Below the pieces are notes generated by a model. The model made no database searches. It had not been told where the DNA came from and worked only from the letters and a program-made list of their open reading frames with translations. 22,700 nucleotides of DNA from Chthoniobacteraceae bacterium (GTDB lineage Bacteria > Verrucomicrobiota > Verrucomicrobiia > Chthoniobacterales > Chthoniobacteraceae): NCBI GenBank assembly GCA_040081625.1, contig JBEBGD010000089.1:1-22700 (forward strand). Reading direction: 5' to 3'. The translations under genes were made by a program, and so were the position numbers. Shown in pieces: positions 17,401 through 22,700 of this stretch. Every line of letters begins with the position of its first letter. Position 1 is the first letter of the stretch.

Positions 17401-17781
17401 CGGCTTGATCTGCTGCCCGACCTCGTCCGCGGGCCGCGAGAAATTGCGCACGACGAGCTGGAGCTTCCCGAAGCGCGAGTGCAGCAGCGTCTCGAAGTGG
17501 CCGAACAGATTCATCCGCTCGCCGAACGTCCCGCCGACGAACGCGACGCGCTCGCCCTTGAGGAACGCCAGCGGCACCGCGCTCGGCGGCAGCGCCGGAC
17601 GCGCCGGGCGCGCGGGGATTTTCAAAAGCTCGCGCGTCGTCGCGAACGGATCGCCCGGGGTCGCGGCCGGAGCCGGCGTCGGCGTTGCCTTCGGCGCCTT
17701 GCGTTTCGCCGACTTCGCCTGCGCGGGCGCGACGGAAAATGCGATCGACGCGATCAGCGCCAGGGCAAGGCCGGGTTTCAT
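14425..17781 (-). CDS. PVC-type heme-binding CxxCH protein: signal peptide, SGNH-like domain, beta-propeller dehydrogenase-like domain, HEAT-like repeats, cytochrome c (1118 aa)
   Basis: Signal MKPGLALALIASIAFSVAPAQA; PEESIAAMKVPEGFEVQLVASE, FDNRGRLWV, DTDGDDKAD, FRPADPQIGPDGALYFADW, RDHSHGRVYR; CIACH at 14782-14796; GPDFAGVG; SSMPEGL. Confidence 0.93.
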   Translation of the reverse strand: MKPGLALALIASIAFSVAPAQAKSAKRKAPKATPTPAPAATPGDPFATTRELLKIPARPARPALPPSAVPLAFLKGERVAFVGGTFGERMNLFGHFETLLHSRFGKLQLVVRNFSRPADEVGQQIKPSDYVKLDDPLAMFGADTYLCFFGYNESFAGAKGVAKFKESYGKYLDSMAKTYPRDDTQAAPRFVLVSPTAVEGADDGFLPDGKKENANLKLYAAAVAEVAQARALAFVELFADTEALFAQEPGLQFTVNGAHQNEAGDREVAALLDRALFQTTSPAKPGAYFDRLRAAVNDKSWVHLQDYRMLNGWYVYGGRRTLDMETFPREFAKIRKMAEVRDKVVWAATQGWALKPDDSRTGVLFTPKGGFGTKPTTEPAELKYLTPEESIAAMKVPEGFEVQLVASEREFPQLAKPDQINFDNRGRLWVSCMPTYPQWKPGDAKPSDRLLIFDDFDATGRARKMTVFYDKLACPTGFEFWNGGVLVMDEPRMLWLKDTDGDDKADVVVQLSDGWATDDTHHTIGAFEWSHGGLLQMLEGVSLTTSVETPWGPLRRQNASGNYILDPRTQKLRHYNTPGYGNPWCYVFNEWGQGFVGDGTTPQQHWDSPLSGAEFPGRKGLNTIFDGMGMRPNVGNEFIVTRQFPPEVQRLFVYACVNNMHGLTTFSLGDDGAGYHGKRRTRDGQPWDLLDSDDKNFRPADPQIGPDGALYFADWHTALLGHMQYSQRDPHRDHSHGRVYRLVAKGRPLLTPVTQAGKSAIELLDQLKEYEWRTRYRARRELRDRNKYDVLVAVKEWVAKNGGDDRLLTEALWAQQGQHAVDLALAARVLKSKTGDARAAAVRVLSEEQVPGFVPAEKFIALVRDAASDDFARTRLEVIRALSFIASKESVELALTAATAHPRDYWIDYTLDATLSALEGVWKTALKTNSIAANNAAGLALLNAKATGAQPTKGAAEALKKLIAGAPTSQRPTLLGQVALGKGNAEQGKAIARRICIACHKFGAEGIAYGPDFAGVGTRLKREEIIDSILEPNAKVDPKFAITNLELAGGEAMTGFIAKETADTISFTVPGGLVRDITKTDVKKRETLRQSSMPEGLAATMSPQEFLDLVEFLVSLKK

Positions 17782-17816
17782 GCGGCAGTCTTGTCGGGTC
17801 TGCGAGCGCCGTGCAA
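17782..17816 (-). promoter_or_regulatory. Candidate sigma70-like promoter for a leaderless transcript
   Basis: Minus strand TTGCAC-N18-AAGACT-N5-ATG; no Shine-Dalgarno visible. Confidence 0.3.
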
Positions 17817-17877
17817 TCCTTTCGCCAAGCCACGCTTCGACTGCTAAGCGCGGATAGCTCACACCAGAACCCTCCCC

Positions 17878-20499
17878 ATGATCGAACCGCTCGAAGCCCG
17901 CATCGCCCCCGCAGTCATCTTCACCTTCACCGACAGCGACGGCGACACGGTGAAGCTCCTTTCCGACAAGCCTCTGACCGCCACCGGCACCGCCGCCGAG
18001 ATTGTCCTTTCCGGCGCGGGCCTCGATGGCGCGAGCCTCTCCACCACCGTCACGAGGTCCGCGGGCGGCGATGGCTTTGTAAATATCGGCCGCATCGTCG
18101 CCACCGGCCTCGACCTCGGGGCGGTGAGCATAAAGGGCGACCTCGGCAAGATCGTCGCCGGCAACGCGGGCAGCCCGCTCCCCGGCGTGAAATCCCTCGC
18201 CGTCCGGTCCATCGGCCTCTTCGGCATCGCCACCCAGGGCGCGGGGGACCTCGTCTCCGACATCACCGGCGACCTTGGCGCGCTCACCGTCGCCGGCGAC
18301 GTGCTCGGCGCGCAGATCAAGGTCTCCGCCAACCTCGGCATCGTCAAAATCGGCGGCGACGTGCAGGGAAATAACGCGAACCTCAGCGGGCGCATCCAGG
18401 CCGTCAACGCGGGCAGCGTCACCATCGGCGGCGACCTCGCGGCGGGAGCGGGCGACGAGTCGGGGAAGCTCAAATTCAGCGGCACCCTCGGCTCGCTGAA
18501 GATCGGCGGCGACCTCATCGGTGCGCGCGACGCCATCGGCGATCCTGCGGCGGGGCAGGTCTATGTCGCGGGCAACGCCGGGCCCATCAGCATCCGCGGC
18601 AGCATCACCGGCGCGGTGTCCGAGCAGCTCGCGCTCGACATCCGCGGCAACGCCGGCGCGATCACCATCGGCGGTTCGCTCCGCGCCGACGCTGGCCTGA
18701 AGAGCGCCGGCATCGACATCGGCGGCGGCGCGGGCGCGATCAAGATCGGCGGCTCGCTCATCGGCAGTGCGGCGATGGACAGCGCCCGCATCGAAGTGGG
18801 CGCCGGCACCGGGCCGATCACCATCGGCGGCTCGCTCATCGGAGTCGGGCAGGACAGCGCCTCGCTCTTCATCTTCGGAAATATCGGTGCGCTGAAAATC
18901 GGCGGCGGCCTCACCAATGGCGCGGGCCGCGGCTCGGGCTCCATCTACATCGGCGGCTCCGGCGCAGGCCTCAGCATAGGCGGCGACCTTGTCGGCGGCA
19001 CCGGCGGCATCGATCTCACCGCTGGCGGCCAGGTCAATTACCTCGGCGATGTCCGCGGGGCGGTGAAGATCGGCGGCAGCCTCATCGGCGCCACCGGTCT
19101 CGGCGGCGGCAGCGCGGCGTTCGGCGATGCGACGTCCGTCTTCGTCGGCGGCTCCATCGTCGGCGGCGGTGAACTCGTCCCGATGGTCGCTTCCTTCCCC
19201 TCCGGCGCCCTCGGTTTCGGCAAAGTGCCCGTCGTCACCATCGTCGGCGACATCCTCGAGTCGCCCTTCCGCGGCGGCGCACTGCTCGGCGGCAGCGTCG
19301 GGAAACTCACCATCGGCGGCTCCATCGTCGGGGCCGCTTCCTTCGCACCGCTCATCACCTTCGGCAGCCAGGTGCAGATCTCCGGCGACCTCGGCGTCGC
19401 AAAAATTCTCGGCTCCATCGTCGGCGCATCGCACACGGCTGCCGTCGTCTTCGGCGCGAGCTTCGACGTTAACGGCAAGGTCGGTTCCCTCACCGTCGGC
19501 GGCTCCCTCATCGGCGGGAACGTGGGCTACGGCGGCAGCATCTCCATCTCCGGCACCGCCGGTGCGGTGAAAATCCTCGGCTCCCTCAATGGCAGCACAG
19601 GCAACGACACCGCTGCACTCAGCGTCGCGGGCACGCTCGGCGCGCTCACCATCGGCGGCAGCGTCACCACCACCGGCGTGAACTACGGCGGCTTCGGCGG
19701 CCAGATCACCGCTGCCAAAATGGGCGCGGTGAAAATCGGCGGCGACCTCCTCACCGCTGGCGGCGGATCCCCCAGCCGCCTGCGCTCCGCGGGCGACATC
19801 GCCTCCATCCAGATCGGCGGCGACATGATCAGCGTCATCGAGGGCGCGAACATCGGCCCCGTAAAAATCCGCGGCGACCTCGTCGCCCCCGGCGGCGGCG
19901 GCTACGGCGGCATCAATGCCCAGCGCCTCGCCTCCCTGAGCGTCGCCGGCGATGTGCGCGCTCCATTCGGCGGCACCGGCGCGGCGCTGAGCGTCGTCCA
20001 ATCCACCGGCCCCATCAGCATCGGCGGCGACCTGCGTGGTTCCGACAGCGCCGTCGTCCGCCTCATCTCCGGCGGCACCGCCGGCACCGCCCCCGCCTTC
20101 GGTGGCATCGCCATCAAAGGCAGCATGGCCGGCGCGCAAATCCTCGCCGGCTACACCCTCGCCCTCGCCGCCACGAACGAAGACGCCGCCATCGGCCCCG
20201 TCGCCATCGGTCGCGACCTCACCGCCAGCTCCATCGTCGCCGGCATCCTCAGCGGCGCGGACATGAGATTTGGCACCGCCGACGACGCGCCCATCGGCAC
20301 CACCACGCCCGCGCTCTCGCGCATCGCGTCGATCACGATCAAGGGCCAGGTGCTCGGCACCTCGGCGATGGGCGATCACTTCGGTTTCGTCGCGCAGCGC
20401 ATCGGCCCGGTGAAAGTCGGCGGTGTCGCCTACACGCCCGGCTCCACGCCGATCGAGCTCAGCGCGAGCTTCGGCGACGTGACGGTGCGCGTCGTGTGA
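17878..20499 (+). CDS. Gly-rich repeat (putative beta-solenoid) extracellular protein with LEPR-XLL-like leader (873 aa)
   Basis: Starts MIEPLEARIAPA; about 27 copies (manual count) of [hydrophobic]-x-I-[G/x]-G-[D/S]-[L/I/V]; no Cys or Trp seen; strong coding-type codon bias. Confidence 0.88.
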   Translation: MIEPLEARIAPAVIFTFTDSDGDTVKLLSDKPLTATGTAAEIVLSGAGLDGASLSTTVTRSAGGDGFVNIGRIVATGLDLGAVSIKGDLGKIVAGNAGSPLPGVKSLAVRSIGLFGIATQGAGDLVSDITGDLGALTVAGDVLGAQIKVSANLGIVKIGGDVQGNNANLSGRIQAVNAGSVTIGGDLAAGAGDESGKLKFSGTLGSLKIGGDLIGARDAIGDPAAGQVYVAGNAGPISIRGSITGAVSEQLALDIRGNAGAITIGGSLRADAGLKSAGIDIGGGAGAIKIGGSLIGSAAMDSARIEVGAGTGPITIGGSLIGVGQDSASLFIFGNIGALKIGGGLTNGAGRGSGSIYIGGSGAGLSIGGDLVGGTGGIDLTAGGQVNYLGDVRGAVKIGGSLIGATGLGGGSAAFGDATSVFVGGSIVGGGELVPMVASFPSGALGFGKVPVVTIVGDILESPFRGGALLGGSVGKLTIGGSIVGAASFAPLITFGSQVQISGDLGVAKILGSIVGASHTAAVVFGASFDVNGKVGSLTVGGSLIGGNVGYGGSISISGTAGAVKILGSLNGSTGNDTAALSVAGTLGALTIGGSVTTTGVNYGGFGGQITAAKMGAVKIGGDLLTAGGGSPSRLRSAGDIASIQIGGDMISVIEGANIGPVKIRGDLVAPGGGGYGGINAQRLASLSVAGDVRAPFGGTGAALSVVQSTGPISIGGDLRGSDSAVVRLISGGTAGTAPAFGGIAIKGSMAGAQILAGYTLALAATNEDAAIGPVAIGRDLTASSIVAGILSGADMRFGTADDAPIGTTTPALSRIASITIKGQVLGTSAMGDHFGFVAQRIGPVKVGGVAYTPGSTPIELSASFGDVTVRVV

Positions 20500-20629
20500 G
20501 CCGCGCGCCGGAGCGCACGCTTACTTCCCGCCGGCGCGGACGATCACGGCGCTGATGTCGTCGAGCACGACGACGGCGAGGATGTGCAGTGGTTTCGCGA
20601 TGAAAATCGTCGATGGAGTCCCGGACGAG

Positions 20630-21076
20630 CTACTTCGCCGGCACCGGCACGGGGATCACGAGCTTTCCGTTCTTCTCGCCGACGGGGCTTTTGCTCGTGC
20701 TCTTGCCGCTGCCCTCGCTGCCCTTTTGCTCGATCACGATCACGAGCTGCCGGGTCGGAGGGAAGGGCATCACGTATTTTTTTCCATCCGGCATTTCCAT
20801 CGGCTTGTTGAACTTCGCCAATTCTGCCGCGGTCGGCGTGACGAGTTCGATGCTCGCGACCTTTTGCCCGGCGTTCATCGCCTGCATCATGGTGAAGAAC
20901 TCGATGGTGTCTGCGGCGGCGCCGTCGGTGGAGAGGAAGGCGGCGAGCGCCTTGGTGTCATTGGCTTCGAGCGCTTTTTTGTAGCTCTCGACGAAGGCCT
21001 TCTCCTGCTCCGGTGTCGCGGCGTGCGCGGCGAGGCTGAGGGCGGCGAGGAGGGCGAGTGTGGTGTGTGTTTTCAT
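20630..21076 (-). CDS. Hypothetical secreted protein (148 aa), possibly NTF2-like fold
   Basis: Signal MKTHTTLALLAALSLAAHA; FVESYKKALEANDTKALAAFL and terminal KNGKLVI resemble NTF2-like patterns (inference). Confidence 0.82.
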   Translation of the reverse strand: MKTHTTLALLAALSLAAHAATPEQEKAFVESYKKALEANDTKALAAFLSTDGAAADTIEFFTMMQAMNAGQKVASIELVTPTAAELAKFNKPMEMPDGKKYVMPFPPTRQLVIVIEQKGSEGSGKSTSKSPVGEKNGKLVIPVPVPAK

Positions 21077-21089
21077 GTGAGTGTTGAGT

Positions 21090-22496
21090 TTATACGGTCG
21101 CGACAAATTTTCCGGGGTTCAAAATGCCGTGCGGATCGAGCGCGGCCTTTAGCGCGGCGTGGACTCCGCGACTCGTGGTGCTTGCGGCTTGCGGCCACCA
21201 CGGCTTTTTCGCGAGGCCGATCCCGTGCTCGCCGGTGATGACGCCGCCGACGCCGAGCACCCAGGTGAAAAGTTCGTCGAGCGCGGCATCGACGCGGCGC
21301 TTGGTCTTCGCGTCGGTGTGGTAGTTCGCGGCCATGATGTTCGTGTGGATGTTGCCGTCGCCCGCGTGGCCGAAGCACGCGACGGGGTAGCCGTATTTGT
21401 GGCGCAGGTGCGCGGCGAATTCGGCGAGCTCCACCAGCTTGCTGCGCGGCACGACGATGTCCTCGTTGAGCTTCGTGAGACCGGTGGCTTTCAGCGACTC
21501 GGAGAATCTGCGCCTCAGCTCCCACAGGCGCTCGCACGCGGTTTCGCCGAGCGCGCGCTGCATGTGGAGCGCGCCGAGCTTCGTGAGTAATGCGGCGAGC
21601 GATTTCGCTTCGCCGCGCACGCTCGCGGGCTGGCCGTCGAGGTCGATGAGCACGTGGCCTTCGCCCGCGGGCACGATCGCGGTGCCGCAGTGGTCGCGCG
21701 CGCTTTGCAGGGTGAACGCATCGGCGATCTCGAGCGCGGCGGGGAGGAAGCCGGCGCGGAAGATTTCCTGCACCGCGGCCGCGGCTTCTCCGAAGCTGCG
21801 GAAGCTCGCGCTGAGGCTGGCGCGTGCGGGCGGCAGCGGCAGCAGGCGCAGCGTGGCTTCGGTCACGATGCCGAGCAGCCCCTCGCTGCCGGTGAAGAGG
21901 CCGACGAGATCGAAGCCGGTCTTGTTTTTGTGCGTGCGCGAACCGGTGCGCAGCACGCGGCCATCGGCGAGCACGACTTCGAGCCCGAGCACGTAGCTGC
22001 GCGTGACGCCGTATTTGAGGCAACGCGGGCCGCCGGCGTTCGTGGCGATGTTGCCACCGATCGAGCAGTCCTTCAGCGATGCGGGGTCGGGCGGGTAGAA
22101 AAGTCCGCGCGCCCGCGCAGCCGCCTGCAGCTCGCCGGTGATGACCCCCGGCTCGACGACGGCGACGCCGTCCTCGAAGTGGATTTCCTTGATGGCCTGC
22201 ATCCGCGCGAGCGAGAGCGCGATGCCGCCGCGCACGGGCACGCAACCGCCGACGTAGCCGAAGCCCGCGCCGCGCGGGGTGACTGGAATGCCGCGGCGAT
22301 GCGCGAAGCGCAGCGTCTTCACGACATCGTCCGTGCAGCGCGCGAAGACGACGGCCTCTGGCTCCCGGCTCGCGAACCATTTGTCCGCGGCGTGCTGCGC
22401 GAGAATGTCGGTCGCGGCGGAAACCTGCGCGGCGCCGAGCAGGCGCGTGAGGTCGCGGGCGAGAGCGGCTTCACTCGCGCGCGGACGGCGGTTCAT
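21090..22496 (-). CDS. GlcD-like FAD-linked oxidase (FAD-binding PCMH plus FAD-oxidase C-terminal domain)
   Basis: PRGAGFGYVGG, YPPDPAS, IGGNIATNAGG, KYGVTR, GSEGLLG, FGHAGDGNIH, ITGEHGIG, LDPHGILNPGK. Confidence 0.93.
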   Translation of the reverse strand: MNRRPRASEAALARDLTRLLGAAQVSAATDILAQHAADKWFASREPEAVVFARCTDDVVKTLRFAHRRGIPVTPRGAGFGYVGGCVPVRGGIALSLARMQAIKEIHFEDGVAVVEPGVITGELQAAARARGLFYPPDPASLKDCSIGGNIATNAGGPRCLKYGVTRSYVLGLEVVLADGRVLRTGSRTHKNKTGFDLVGLFTGSEGLLGIVTEATLRLLPLPPARASLSASFRSFGEAAAAVQEIFRAGFLPAALEIADAFTLQSARDHCGTAIVPAGEGHVLIDLDGQPASVRGEAKSLAALLTKLGALHMQRALGETACERLWELRRRFSESLKATGLTKLNEDIVVPRSKLVELAEFAAHLRHKYGYPVACFGHAGDGNIHTNIMAANYHTDAKTKRRVDAALDELFTWVLGVGGVITGEHGIGLAKKPWWPQAASTTSRGVHAALKAALDPHGILNPGKFVATV

Positions 22497-22699
22497 CAGG
22501 GTTTGCCGCCGAAGACTCGATTGAAAAACCCGGGCTTCGGCGTCGGAGCCGGGGCCGGGGCCGGGGCTTGTGTCGCGCGCCTGCGCGGCGGAGGCGCCTG
22601 CTTTCTCGCCGGGGTGGGCGCGTCGCCCTCGGCGACTGGCGGCGGCGTCTGGCGCGCGGCGGCGAGGACTGTGTCGAGCGCCGGCTCTTTCGCGAATCC
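22496..22699 (-). CDS. 3' end of an unidentified gene with a Pro-rich tail (partial)
   Basis: Open frame ...GFAKEPALDTVLAAARQTPPPV...APAPAPAPTPKPGFFNRVFGGKP*; its TGA overlaps the next ATG (TGATG). Confidence 0.7.
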   Translation of the reverse strand, partial: GFAKEPALDTVLAAARQTPPPVAEGDAPTPARKQAPPPRRRATQAPAPAPAPTPKPGFFNRVFGGKP

Positions 22700-22700
22700 C

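Noticed and set aside
14332..17847. 1171-aa + strand ORF
   Set aside because: Antisense to the CxxCH gene; Arg-rich with no recognisable motifs.
18340..20040. Recurring ATCGGCGGC as a CRISPR or DNA-level repeat array
   Set aside because: Short in-frame Ile-Gly-Gly codons of a protein repeat; no 23-47-bp repeat-spacer structure.
17782..20379. N-terminal extension of the 1984-aa minus-strand ORF, suggesting a giant fusion or overlapping gene
   Set aside because: It is the antisense shadow of the 873-aa + strand gene; high-GC codon bias removes antisense stops. A clear signal peptide starts at 17781.

Overview
High-GC, gene-dense bacterial chromosomal window, probably Verrucomicrobiota (inferred from a PVC-type CxxCH propeller protein, an H-X9-DG prepilin-like protein and an 'IEPLEARIAPA' leader). 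The + strand opens with a 5'-truncated murJ and a membrane-anchored helical protein. A run of 14 minus-strand genes follows (17781 to 2203), in transcription order: SGNH/propeller/CxxCH protein, rdgB, secreted protein, prepilin-like protein, LolC/E permease, yajQ, RluA-type synthase, Zn-ribbon-TM-OmpA protein, tandem-FHA ABC exporter, EVE protein, lipase maturation factor homolog, dienelactone hydrolase, membrane protein, DUF72. Divergent from this run is an 873-aa Gly-rich repeat protein. The window ends with a small secreted protein, a GlcD-like oxidoreductase and a gene 3' end. I found no CRISPR array, tRNA, rRNA or transposase. Best leads: the OmpA-like protein plus FHA-ABC exporter pair (both FHA domains lack the conserved Asn), a covarying inverted REP-like doublet, a structured 274-bp intergenic region with heptamer repeats, and the repeat protein that lacks a signal peptide. 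All family calls come from manual motif recognition, not database searches, and none of these leads is demonstrated to be novel.
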